Source: Woeseiaceae bacterium (GTDB lineage: Bacteria > Pseudomonadota > Gammaproteobacteria > Steroidobacterales > Woeseiaceae). Taken from it: a stretch of 64,000 nt of DNA. Positions 1 to 8,884 of this stretch are shown in pieces. The translations under genes were made by a program, and so were the position numbers. How positions within the stretch are numbered: the stretch's first letter is position 1; every line of letters begins with the position of its first letter. The notes beneath the pieces were generated by a model. It was not told the DNA's origin and searched no databases. It saw only the letters and a list, made by a program, of their open reading frames with translations. The stretch covers positions 25,814 through 89,813 of the forward strand of contig DASRVH010000107.1 of NCBI GenBank assembly GCA_035655155.1, written 5' to 3'.

Positions 1-1
1 G

Positions 2-394
2 ATCATGGTCGTGGTGGTCATCATCGGCCTGCTCGCGGCCATCATCGCACCGAACGTCATCGGCCGCATCGACGACGCCCAGATATCCAAGGTCAAGCAG
101 GATATCCGCAGCATCGAATCGGCGCTGAAGCTCTATCGCCTGGACAACTTCCGCTACCCCACCACGGAGCAGGGCCTCGCCGCGCTGGTCGAGCGTCCCA
201 ACGACCCCAACATCAGGAACTGGCGGGCGGGCGGCTATCTGGACCGGCTGCCGAAGGATCCCTGGGACAACGTCTACCAGTATCTGAACCCGGGTCAGCA
301 CGGCGAGATCGACATCTATACCCTGGGTGCCGACGGGCGACCCGGCGGCGAGGGCATCGATGCGGACCGGGGGAACTGGTCGCTGGACGAGTGA
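2..394 (+). CDS. gspG: Type II secretion major pseudopilin GspG, 5'-truncated by the window edge
   Basis: The ORF runs off the window start. It has a hydrophobic pseudopilin helix (IMVVVVIIGLLAAIIAPN) followed by GspG-typical DIRSIESALKLYRLDNFRYPTTEQGLAALV and GADGRPGGEG. It is first in a co-directional gspG-N run. Confidence 0.9.
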   Translation: MMVVVVIIGLLAAIIAPNVIGRIDDAQISKVKQDIRSIESALKLYRLDNFRYPTTEQGLAALVERPNDPNIRNWRAGGYLDRLPKDPWDNVYQYLNPGQHGEIDIYTLGADGRPGGEGIDADRGNWSLDE

Positions 395-416
395 TCGCCC
401 GGCCAGCCCAGCGGCA

Positions 417-1001
417 ATGATCTCGCGCACGCCGGTGGGAGCGCGACGCCCGGCGGCCAGTCAGGGCTTCACCCTGATCGAGCTGCTGGTGGTGATCGTC
501 ATCCTCGGCATCTCGGTGGCCGCGGTGCTGCCCAGCATCGGCTTCCTGCAGGACGACCGGGAACTCCAGCGCGAGGCGCGACGCCTCGCCGCGCTGATCG
601 AACTCGCGGCGGAGGAAGCGGCCATGCAGAGCCGTGACTACGGGCTGCGTTTCGGGCTGCATGGCTACCGCTTCTACGAGCAGGACCCGCAGACCGGGGC
701 CTGGATCGAGATGGCCGGCGACGAGATCCTGCGCGAACGCACACTGTCCGACGACCTGCGTCTCGACCTGACGCTGGAGTCCCGCGACATCCGTCTGTTC
801 GAGGCCATCGAGGGCGACCGCCAGCCCCGCGATCCCGACGACGGGCCGGACCCCGGTCCCACGCCCCACGTGCTGCTGCTCTCCAGCGGCGATACGACGC
901 CCTTCGAGCTGACGCTGAGCCGGGACTTCGACGACGCCCGCGCGGAACTCACCGGCGATTTCCTCGGCCGGGTCGAACTGGTCACGGAAGACGAGCCTTG
1001 A
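417..1001 (+). CDS. gspH: Type II secretion minor pseudopilin GspH
   Basis: An internal ATG at 417 gives MISRTPVGARRPAASQGFTLIELLVVIVILGI, which contains the prepilin peptidase motif G/FTLIEL. The gene sits directly after gspG. The upstream part of the 327..1001 track ORF overlaps the gspG 3' end and is not needed. Confidence 0.85.
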   Translation: MISRTPVGARRPAASQGFTLIELLVVIVILGISVAAVLPSIGFLQDDRELQREARRLAALIELAAEEAAMQSRDYGLRFGLHGYRFYEQDPQTGAWIEMAGDEILRERTLSDDLRLDLTLESRDIRLFEAIEGDRQPRDPDDGPDPGPTPHVLLLSSGDTTPFELTLSRDFDDARAELTGDFLGRVELVTEDEP

Positions 1002-1420
1002 ACGCGCGGGGCTTCACCCTGGTGGAGGTGCTGATCGCGCTGGCCGTGGCGTCGCTCGGCCTGTCTGCGGTACTGGCCATGGGCACGCAGAGCATCGATA
1101 CCTCACGCAGTCTGCGGGACCGCACCCTCGCCCTGTACGTCGGCCTGAACGAGATCACCGAGCTGCGCCTCAGCGGCGAATTCCCCGACCCCGGTCGCTC
1201 GAACGGCGAGACAGAGATGGCCGACCGGCTGTGGCGCTGGGAATACGTGATCTCGGAGACCGGCGTCGAGAGCCTGCGCCGCATCGATATCGCCGTCTCC
1301 CTGGCGGAACGGCCGGAAGACGTGGTGCGCAACGTCAGCGGCTTCATCGGCGAGCCCGGACCGCCGGGCGCCGCCAACGCGGCCTGGTCGCTGCCGCTGG
1401 GCGAAGGGGCGGACCGGTGA
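998..1420 (+). CDS. gspI: Type II secretion minor pseudopilin GspI
   Basis: The TTG start overlaps the gspH stop (TTGA). The N-terminus ARGFTLVEVLIALAV carries the prepilin motif. Length is about 140 aa, as expected for GspI. Confidence 0.85.
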   Translation: MNARGFTLVEVLIALAVASLGLSAVLAMGTQSIDTSRSLRDRTLALYVGLNEITELRLSGEFPDPGRSNGETEMADRLWRWEYVISETGVESLRRIDIAVSLAERPEDVVRNVSGFIGEPGPPGAANAAWSLPLGEGADR

Positions 1421-2034
1421 AAACGGCGCGACGGCGGCAGGCCGGCTTCACGCTGATCGAGGTCATGGTCTCGCTGGCCATCTTCGCGGCGCTGGCGGCC
1501 GCCGCGTACACCACCCTGAACGGGGTGGTGGAAGCCTCCCGCGTGGTCAGCGAGCAGATGAGCCGCCTGCAGGCCCTGCAGCGCACCGTGCAGCGCATGA
1601 CCCTCGACTTCGGGCAGCTTACGCCGCGGCCCGTGCGTGACGAACTGGGCGACGGGCGCCTGCCGGTCCTGCGCGCGGACGGCCGCTCTCTCGATCTGGT
1701 CGAACTCAGCCGCGGGGGCTGGTCGAACCCGCTGGTGCTGCCCCGCCCCGCGCTGCAGCGGGTGGCCTACCGCATCGAGGAGGATCGGCTCATCCGCCGG
1801 CAATGGCCGGTGATGGACCGCACACTGGGCACCGAGCCTGCCGAGGCGACGCTGCTCGAAGGCCTGGAAGACATCCGCATCCGCTATCTCTCCGGCGACG
1901 AGTGGACGGAGCAGTGGCCGCCGGACGCCGGCGCCGGCGCTCTCGGGCTGGCATTGCGGCCGCGCGCCGTTGAGATCGTGCTGGTGGTCGAGGGGCTCGG
2001 CGAGATCCGCCGGGTCGTCGAGGTGATCCAGTGA
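1417..2034 (+). CDS. gspJ: Type II secretion minor pseudopilin GspJ
   Basis: GTG at 1417 overlaps the gspI stop (GTGA). The N-terminus is VKTARRRQAGFTLIEVMVSLAIF with the prepilin motif. Size is about 205 aa. Confidence 0.85.
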   Translation: MKTARRRQAGFTLIEVMVSLAIFAALAAAAYTTLNGVVEASRVVSEQMSRLQALQRTVQRMTLDFGQLTPRPVRDELGDGRLPVLRADGRSLDLVELSRGGWSNPLVLPRPALQRVAYRIEEDRLIRRQWPVMDRTLGTEPAEATLLEGLEDIRIRYLSGDEWTEQWPPDAGAGALGLALRPRAVEIVLVVEGLGEIRRVVEVIQ

Positions 2035-2969
2035 CTGGCGCGGCGCGGCAGCGCGGGGCCGTCGCCTTGATGTTCGCGATGCTGATCGTCGCACTCTGCA
2101 CGCTCTATGCCGTCAGCCTGGCCTGGGATACGACGCTGGATCTGCGGCGCACCACTAACCTGCTCTGGCGGGAACAGGCCGCCCAGGTGGCCCTCGGCGC
2201 GGAGGAATGGGTGGGCATGATCCTGCGCCAGGATGCCGAGGACAGCGACACCGATCACCTGGGCGAGATCTGGGCCCAGCGCCTGCCGCCCCTGCCGGTG
2301 GACGGCGCGGGCATGAGCGGCGAGGTCGCCGGCGGTCTCACCGACCTGCAGGGCCGCTTCAACATCAACAACCTGCTGAATGCGGACGGGGCCATCGACG
2401 AGCCTTCCCTGGAGCAGTTCCGCCGCCTGCTCCTCGCCCTCGGCCTGCAGCCCTCGCTGGCCGGCTCCGTGGCCGACTGGCTGGACGCGGACACCGAACC
2501 CCTGTTCCCCGACGGCGCGGAGGACGGCGAGTACACCGGCCGCGTCCCGCCCTACCGCAGCGCCAACATCTTCGTCGCCAGCGCCAGCGAACTGGCGGCG
2601 GTTGCCGGCATGGACCCCGACAGCTATCGCATCCTGCGGCCCCACGTCACCGCGCTGCCCGGCCGCACCCCCATCAACGTGAACACGGCCACGCCGGCCG
2701 TGCTGCAGTCGCTGGACGAGAACGTGACCGCCGCCGACGCCGAGCGCCTGCTGGCCGAGAGGGAGGACGGCGGCTTCGCCGACGTTACGGCGTCGTTCTC
2801 CTCGCTGGTGCAGCCCGAGGTACTGAATACGCTCGGCGAATCAACGAATTACTTTCGGCTGGAGAGTATCGTTCGTATTGGCACCGTCAGGCTCACCATG
2901 TACAGTCTCCTCCAGCGTGGCCCTCAGGGCGACGTGTCGCCCATCCTGAGGACGTTTGGCACCGAATAG
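2031..2969 (+). CDS. gspK: Type II secretion minor pseudopilin GspK
   Basis: The start overlaps the gspJ stop. There is an N-terminal hydrophobic segment (QRGAVALMFAMLIVALCTLYAV). Length (312 aa) and position in the gsp run fit GspK. Confidence 0.85.
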   Translation: MTGAARQRGAVALMFAMLIVALCTLYAVSLAWDTTLDLRRTTNLLWREQAAQVALGAEEWVGMILRQDAEDSDTDHLGEIWAQRLPPLPVDGAGMSGEVAGGLTDLQGRFNINNLLNADGAIDEPSLEQFRRLLLALGLQPSLAGSVADWLDADTEPLFPDGAEDGEYTGRVPPYRSANIFVASASELAAVAGMDPDSYRILRPHVTALPGRTPINVNTATPAVLQSLDENVTAADAERLLAEREDGGFADVTASFSSLVQPEVLNTLGESTNYFRLESIVRIGTVRLTMYSLLQRGPQGDVSPILRTFGTE

Positions 2970-2972
2970 AGC

Positions 2973-4250
2973 ATGGCCGAGATCTTCGTCATCCGCGTAG
3001 CGGGCGCTGACGCAAGCGAGACGGACTGGCTGGCGGTCGACTCCAGCGGTGCGCGCCGCGGCGAACCCGGCCACGGCACTCTGGCGGAAGCCGCGACCGC
3101 GGCCGGCGACCGGCGCGTGCATGTCCTGGTGCCTGCCACCGAGGTGCTGCTGACTTCCGCCGACGTGCCGGCCAAGGGCGCTCGGTTGCTGCAAGCCCTG
3201 CCGTTTGCTCTGGAGGAGCAGGTGGCCCAGGACGTCGACCGGCTCCACTTCGCCGCCGGCGAGCGGCGCAGCAACGGCCGCACCCCGGTGGCGGTGGTCG
3301 AGCGGGAGTTCCTCGACACCCTGCTCGCGCGGCTGCGCGAGGCCGGCATGGAACCGGCCGGCGTGTTCAGTGAAGCACAGGGTCTCGCCCGCATCCCCGG
3401 CACGCTGAGCGTGCTGATCGAGGACGACCACATCATCCTGAACGACGGCGCCTCGATGGAGCTCGCGCTGGAGGGGTTGCGCCCGGGCGACGCACTGGCG
3501 GCCATCGGCGCGCTGGACGATCCGGACGAACAGGACGAGTCTGCCGGCGAGGCGGCGGTGCCCCGGCACGTGCTGATCTACAGCGACCCGGACGTCGCCG
3601 AGCGCCACGAACTGGAATTCCAGGCACTGCGCCAGCAGCTGGACAGCCTGGAGGTCAAGCTGCTGCCCGACGGCGCCCTGCCCCGGCTCGCCGTCACGGT
3701 CGCCGCGGGCGGCGGCATCAATCTGCTGCAGGGCCGCTACGCGCCGCGCAGCGCCACCGGCTCGCTGCTGCGGCCATGGCGGGCCGCGGCCGCACTGGCG
3801 GCCGCGCTGATCGTGCTTACGCTGATCGGCAGCGGCCTCCGATACGCCGAGCTGCGGGCGGAGGACGAACGGCTGCGGGCCGAGGTGGTGGAGGCCTTCC
3901 GCGCCGCCTTCCCATGGGTGCGCGAGGTGCGCGATCCCCGCGCCCAGATGAACTCCGAACTCGCGCGTCTCGGCCAGGGCGGCGGCACCGAGCAGACGCC
4001 CCGACAGTTCCTCGCCACACTGGAGAGCATCAGCGCTGCCATGAACCAGACCTCGGGCACGCGCATCGAGGCCATCAGCTATCGTGACGGGGTCATGGAT
4101 ATCCGGCTCACCGCGCCGGACGTCGCCACGCTGGACCGGCTGCGCAAGCTCGTCGACCAGGGTGGGCGGTTCACGGCCCGGATCCAGTCCACCGACCAGC
4201 AGGAAGGCAGCGTCCGCAGCCGCCTCCAGATCCAGGGAGCGGGCGCGTGA
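2973..4250 (+). CDS. gspL: Type II secretion inner-membrane platform protein GspL
   Basis: 425 aa with a cytoplasmic N-domain, a single central TM (AAALAAALIVLTLIG) and a periplasmic C-domain. It lies between gspK and gspM. Confidence 0.8.
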   Translation: MAEIFVIRVAGADASETDWLAVDSSGARRGEPGHGTLAEAATAAGDRRVHVLVPATEVLLTSADVPAKGARLLQALPFALEEQVAQDVDRLHFAAGERRSNGRTPVAVVEREFLDTLLARLREAGMEPAGVFSEAQGLARIPGTLSVLIEDDHIILNDGASMELALEGLRPGDALAAIGALDDPDEQDESAGEAAVPRHVLIYSDPDVAERHELEFQALRQQLDSLEVKLLPDGALPRLAVTVAAGGGINLLQGRYAPRSATGSLLRPWRAAAALAAALIVLTLIGSGLRYAELRAEDERLRAEVVEAFRAAFPWVREVRDPRAQMNSELARLGQGGGTEQTPRQFLATLESISAAMNQTSGTRIEAISYRDGVMDIRLTAPDVATLDRLRKLVDQGGRFTARIQSTDQQEGSVRSRLQIQGAGA

Positions 4251-4729
4251 AGGACTGGTTCCGGGATCTCGCTCCCCGGGAGCAGATGCTCGTGGCGCTG
4301 GCGGGCGCGCTCACCATCGTGGTGGTGATCTACCTGGCCGTCTGGCTGCCCCTCGATCGGGCCAACGACCGGCTCGAGAACCAGGTGGCGAGCCAGCGCG
4401 AACTCGTCACCGATCTGCGCCAGCTGCGCGGCCGCCTGCCCTCCCCCTCCGGCGGCGGCGCCGCGTCCGCGCCGGGCGGGCAGTCGCTGGTGGTGGTGGT
4501 CGACAGCACCGTGCGCCAGCGCGGGCTGGGCACCACGCTGAAGCGCAGCCGGCCCCTGGACGGCGATTCCATCCAGGTCAGCTTCGAGAATGTCGCCTTC
4601 GATGCGCTGGTGGAGTGGCTGGGTCAGCTCGGCAGCCAGCATGGCATCGAGATCGGCTCCGCCTCCTTTTCCAACCGTGCGGAGCCCGGCCGCGTGGATG
4701 CCACGCTGACGCTGGAACGGGCGCTTTAG
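4247..4729 (+). CDS. gspM: Type II secretion protein GspM
   Basis: The GTG start overlaps the gspL stop (GTGA). The 160 aa product has one N-terminal TM (MLVALAGALTIVVVIYLAVWL). Confidence 0.8.
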   Translation: MKDWFRDLAPREQMLVALAGALTIVVVIYLAVWLPLDRANDRLENQVASQRELVTDLRQLRGRLPSPSGGGAASAPGGQSLVVVVDSTVRQRGLGTTLKRSRPLDGDSIQVSFENVAFDALVEWLGQLGSQHGIEIGSASFSNRAEPGRVDATLTLERAL

Positions 4730-5469
4730 TGTTCTCCCGCCGCCTGCTCATCGCGGCCGCGGCCGCGGCGTTCGTTCTGGGCCTGGTCGCGCTGTTCCCT
4801 GCGCGCCTCGCCCTGGCCTGGTTCGCTCCGGCGGAGTTCCGCGCGGCCGGCGTCGAGGGCACGATCTGGAGCGGCCGGGCGGCGCGCGCCTCCGCCGGCG
4901 GGATTTTCCTGGCACCACTCCGCTGGGAGTTCCGCCCCGCGGCGCTGCTCGGTGGCGCGGCAGGCTACCGGATCGACGCGGAACTGCCGGGCGGCAGCGT
5001 CCGCGGGGACGTCGCGCTGAGCGTCACGGGCGCACTGAGCGTCTCCGATCTGCAGGCCTCCGTGCCCCTGGAGAGCGTCTCCCGGATCATGCCGGTGGCG
5101 CAGGCGGAAGGCCGTCTCCGCGCGGACATCGAGCGCGGGCGCTTCGACGACGGCTGGCCCAGCGAACTGGTGGGCACCGTCAGCGTCGAGGACCTGGTGT
5201 ACCGTCCGGCGGGCAGCAATTCCATCGGCAATTACCGGGTGGAGTTTCTGCCCACCGAAGAAGGCGGCCTGCGCGGCGTCCTGGCAGACGGCGGCGGCCC
5301 GCTCGAGGTGGCGGGAGAGATCGCACTGACCGGCGAGCGGGATTACGTCCTTCGCGGCGAGGTCAAGGCGCGGCCGGGCGCGCCGGCGGCACTCGCGAAT
5401 TCGCTGCGCTTCCTGGGTTCGGCGGACGAGGCCGGACGTCGGGAGTTCAGCCTGGCAGGCCGTCTCTGA
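4729..5469 (+). CDS. gspN: Type II secretion protein GspN
   Basis: GTG at 4729 shares one base with the gspM TAG stop. The N-terminal TM is VFSRRLLIAAAAAAFVLGLVALF, and the protein is about 246 aa. It is the last gene of the gsp run. The 4084..5469 track ORF upstream of 4729 is an out-of-frame overlap with gspL/M. Confidence 0.7.
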   Translation: MFSRRLLIAAAAAAFVLGLVALFPARLALAWFAPAEFRAAGVEGTIWSGRAARASAGGIFLAPLRWEFRPAALLGGAAGYRIDAELPGGSVRGDVALSVTGALSVSDLQASVPLESVSRIMPVAQAEGRLRADIERGRFDDGWPSELVGTVSVEDLVYRPAGSNSIGNYRVEFLPTEEGGLRGVLADGGGPLEVAGEIALTGERDYVLRGEVKARPGAPAALANSLRFLGSADEAGRREFSLAGRL

Positions 5470-8400
5470 GGCGGCGGGCCGCTGCCTCGTCCGTCGTCAC
5501 CACGCGCCCGTGTAGCGGGTAGTACAGCAGGCTCAGCGGCGTCTCGCCGTACACCGCGGCGTACAAGCGCCGATAACCGGCCATCTGTTCCGCGTAGCGC
5601 CTGGCCTCCTCGGCCAGAAATCGTTCCAGATCGCCGCCCTCGTGCAGCGAGGTCTTGTAGTCCACCACCCAGTGCGCACCCGCCTCGTCGACGAAACAGC
5701 GATCGATGACCACGCGCAGCAATCGTCCGTCGGCGATGCCCTCGATCGGCAGTTCCGTCGCCGCGCTGCGATGTCGCCCGAACAGAATCCACCGTCCGGC
5801 CGGGTCTTCCAGCGTTCCCTGCAGGGCCGCCCGGACCCGGGTCACCGCCGCCTGCAGTCCTTCCGCCGAGACGCCGGCGGCCTCCAGCAGCGAGGCGTGC
5901 CGCGCGTCGAGACCGTCGAGCCGGCGCCGCGCCGCCCCTGCGTCCTGCCAGTCCGCCATCCGCTGCAGCCAGCCGTGCACCACCGTGCCGACGTGGCGCA
6001 GGTCACGACCGACCCACGCGTATTCGATCGGCTCATCCGCGCCGGGCGGCGCGAAGCGAACTGCCGGCGGCGCCACGGGCTGCGGCAGCTCGGCGGGCCG
6101 ATAGGGCTCCGCCGCACGCCGGATCCGGGGCGCGACGAGCTCGGCGCCGGCGCCGGGGGCCGGCCCTTCACCGCCGCCGGCACCCGCCTCCGCGGCCCGC
6201 GCGAAGTCCGCTGCGAGCGCCGGCCCGAGACGGGCCTGCAGCGTGCCGGCCGGCGGCGGCTGGGCGCTGCCGTCGCGGCTGCGGGTGTGGCCGAAGAGAT
6301 GCAGGCTGCGGCGGGCGCGGGTGCATGCCACGTACAGCAGCCGGTCGAGTTCCAGCCGCTGCTTCTCGGCTTCCACGCCGTGGATGAACTCGTGCAGCGG
6401 ATCGTTGTCGCGCTCGCCGCGTGCGCCGACGGGGCTCGGCAGCAGATGCTCGCGCCCTTCCTCGTCCGGCAGTGTGAGCCAGTTGAGCACCGCGCGGAGG
6501 TTGCCCCGCGGCTGGCGGCCGAGGCCCATCAGGACGACGGTATCGAACTCCAGGCCCTTCGCCTTGTGGATGGTCATCACCTGCACCCGGGCGCCCGCGC
6601 CCTCGCTGGAGACCCGCTCCTCGTCCAGCCGGGACTCGAGGTCCGCCACGTCGGGCAGGGTGCCGCCCGATTCCAGGATCTCCAGAATGTCGAGATAGCG
6701 GCAGGCATTCGCGGCTTCCGCAGCACCCGGGAGCAGCGTCGGTCCGCCCAGCGAGAACCAGGCCAGCTCCACCCGCTCGCGCAGGGAGCGCAACCCGGGG
6801 TGCTCGAGTGCTTCCGCGAGGCGCTGGCGCAACCACGCCACCCGCTGCCGATCGTCGCCGTCGAGGCGAGCGAGGCGGCCCTCCTCGGTCATGAGGGCCA
6901 TAACGGGGCTGAGCGGATCGCCGACTGTCAGGGCGTGCAGCCCGCTCAGCGTCAGGCCGCACCACGGTGCTCGCAGCAGCGCGAGCCAGGCGACCCGGTC
7001 CAGCGGGTGGATCAGGGCGCGCGTGAGTGCGAGCAGATCCTGCACCTCCGGCAGATCCGTGAGCCGGTCGATCTCCAGCGCCTCGTAGGCGATGCCGTCG
7101 GCACGCAGGAGAGGCAGCAGCTCGCGCAGGTGGGTGCGGCTTCGCACCAGCACCGCCACGGCGCCCGAGTCCGGGTCGTCGAGCGTATCCCGGATCAATT
7201 TCCTGACCTCGTCGGCCTCTTCGCGGGGCGAGGCATCCAGCAGCGCGTGGACGCGGCACTCGCCGAGGTCCTCCCGGCCCGGCGCCGCTTGCGACGGGCT
7301 GTGCCGGATGGCGCCGGTGGCCAGATCGTCTTCGGCCGGCATCACCCGGGCGAAGACCCCGTTGGCCCAGTCCACCAGGTTGCCGCCGGAGCGGAAATTG
7401 GTCTGCAGCACCAGTTCCCGGGGGCGGAGCAGGCCGATGCCTCGCGAGCGCAGCGCCAGGAACAGGCCGACCTCCGCCTCCCGGAAACGGTAGATGGACT
7501 GCATGGGGTCGCCGACGCAGAACACGGTGCGCCCGTCCCGGCCGTCCCAGCCTGCGGTCAGGCTTTCGAGCAGCGCGTACTGTCCCAGCGAGGTGTCCTG
7601 CATCTCGTCGATGAGCAGATGCCGTATGCGGTAATCCAGCGCCAGCGCCAGGTCGGTCGGCTCGTCCGGCGGGCCCAGCGCCGTGCGGGCGGCGAGCGCC
7701 ACTTCGACATAGTCCGCCAGTCCCCTGGCGGCGAACCGGGTCTTCAGCTCGGCCGTGGCCCGCGGCAGCACGTGCAGGAGGGACGTTAGGGCGTCCCACT
7801 GCTCGGGAGCGTAACGGGGCGGCGGCAGTCTGGCGGCGTCCGCCAGCAACCGGTCGAGCCCGTCGCCTCCGGCCAGCGATTCGATCACGGCCGCGAGCGC
7901 CTCCTTCTCCCGGTCGCTGCCCGGCGGGAAGCCCAGGTTCTTGTCCGCGCGCCTGCGCCAGTTGCCGCTGCTCGGCGCGATCAGCAGCCAGGCCAGCCCC
8001 TGCCACCGGGCGAGCTGCCGGGCGTCGGGAGCAGGCCAGGCGTCGCAGCCGTGCAGCGCCGCCAGCGGCGTCTCCCGCCCCGCTTCCGCCAGGTTGCCGC
8101 CGGCGAAGCGGGCGAGTTCGAGCAGGGGCTCCCGCACGGACTCGGGCAGCGCCCGGTCCAGGGCCCGCAGGCGATCCGTCACCAGCATGGCGATGGCCTG
8201 TTCGAAGTGGCGCCGCAGCCGTTCTTCCTGCCCGGAGGGCCCGGTCCCGGTGATGGCCAGCCACTGGTCCCTCCTCTGCAGCATCTCGGCGATGGAGCGT
8301 TCCCACACCAGCGCATCGTTGTCCAGGTGCCGGAACAGCGCGCGCACGGCAGCGCCGGTTTCTCCGGCCTCCGCGACCCAGTCCAGCGTGGCCCGGGCCG

Positions 8401-8884
8401 CCTCCCGGTAGATGCCCGACTCGCCCGCCTCCGAGACCATGCGCACCCGGCCGCCGAGACCGGAGGTGACCGGCAGCGCCGCCGCCAGGCGGGCGTTGAA
8501 CGCATCCAGCGTCATGATCTGCATACGCTCCGGGAAGGCGGTCAGCTGCCATTCCCTGCGCCGATCCCGCGCCAGCGCCTCGCCCGCCGCCGCCAGCGTG
8601 CGCCGTTCGTGCCCGGAACCGCCCTGCTCGCCGCGCCGCGCCCGTTCGAGCGCAGCCAGTATGCGGGTGCGCATCTCCGCCGCGGCCTTGCGCGTGAACG
8701 TGATCGCCAGGATTTCCTCCGGCCGCTCCACCCGGGCGAGCAGGCGGAGATAGCGCTGGATCAGGAGCTCCGTCTTCCCCGAACCGGCGGGCGCCTGGAC
8801 GATGAACGAGCGCTCGACGTCGAGGGCCGCATCCCGCTCCGCCTGATCGGGGATGGTCCGATCGGAAACGGCCCGGCCGGTCAC
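5447..8884 (-). CDS. addA: AddA-type UvrD/Rep-family helicase with C-terminal PD-(D/E)XK nuclease domain
   Basis: Walker A motif QAPAGSGKTELL lies near the N-terminus. Size is about 1145 aa, with a C-terminal nuclease motif AHWVVDYKTS. GTG at 8884 overlaps the upstream stop (GTGA), so the longer 9097 start in the track is rejected. Confidence 0.8.
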   Translation of the reverse strand: MTGRAVSDRTIPDQAERDAALDVERSFIVQAPAGSGKTELLIQRYLRLLARVERPEEILAITFTRKAAAEMRTRILAALERARRGEQGGSGHERRTLAAAGEALARDRRREWQLTAFPERMQIMTLDAFNARLAAALPVTSGLGGRVRMVSEAGESGIYREAARATLDWVAEAGETGAAVRALFRHLDNDALVWERSIAEMLQRRDQWLAITGTGPSGQEERLRRHFEQAIAMLVTDRLRALDRALPESVREPLLELARFAGGNLAEAGRETPLAALHGCDAWPAPDARQLARWQGLAWLLIAPSSGNWRRRADKNLGFPPGSDREKEALAAVIESLAGGDGLDRLLADAARLPPPRYAPEQWDALTSLLHVLPRATAELKTRFAARGLADYVEVALAARTALGPPDEPTDLALALDYRIRHLLIDEMQDTSLGQYALLESLTAGWDGRDGRTVFCVGDPMQSIYRFREAEVGLFLALRSRGIGLLRPRELVLQTNFRSGGNLVDWANGVFARVMPAEDDLATGAIRHSPSQAAPGREDLGECRVHALLDASPREEADEVRKLIRDTLDDPDSGAVAVLVRSRTHLRELLPLLRADGIAYEALEIDRLTDLPEVQDLLALTRALIHPLDRVAWLALLRAPWCGLTLSGLHALTVGDPLSPVMALMTEEGRLARLDGDDRQRVAWLRQRLAEALEHPGLRSLRERVELAWFSLGGPTLLPGAAEAANACRYLDILEILESGGTLPDVADLESRLDEERVSSEGAGARVQVMTIHKAKGLEFDTVVLMGLGRQPRGNLRAVLNWLTLPDEEGREHLLPSPVGARGERDNDPLHEFIHGVEAEKQRLELDRLLYVACTRARRSLHLFGHTRSRDGSAQPPPAGTLQARLGPALAADFARAAEAGAGGGEGPAPGAGAELVAPRIRRAAEPYRPAELPQPVAPPAVRFAPPGADEPIEYAWVGRDLRHVGTVVHGWLQRMADWQDAGAARRRLDGLDARHASLLEAAGVSAEGLQAAVTRVRAALQGTLEDPAGRWILFGRHRSAATELPIEGIADGRLLRVVIDRCFVDEAGAHWVVDYKTSLHEGGDLERFLAEEARRYAEQMAGYRRLYAAVYGETPLSLLYYPLHGRVVTTDEAAARRLRDGLPG

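Noticed and set aside
6168-8552. 794-aa ORF on the minus strand in a different frame inside addA, plus the 715-aa ORF at 5642..7789 on the plus strand
   Set aside because: Both have extreme Arg/Ala/Gly/Pro composition and no motifs, and both are fully nested in the well-supported helicase gene. These are typical GC-rich shadow ORFs.
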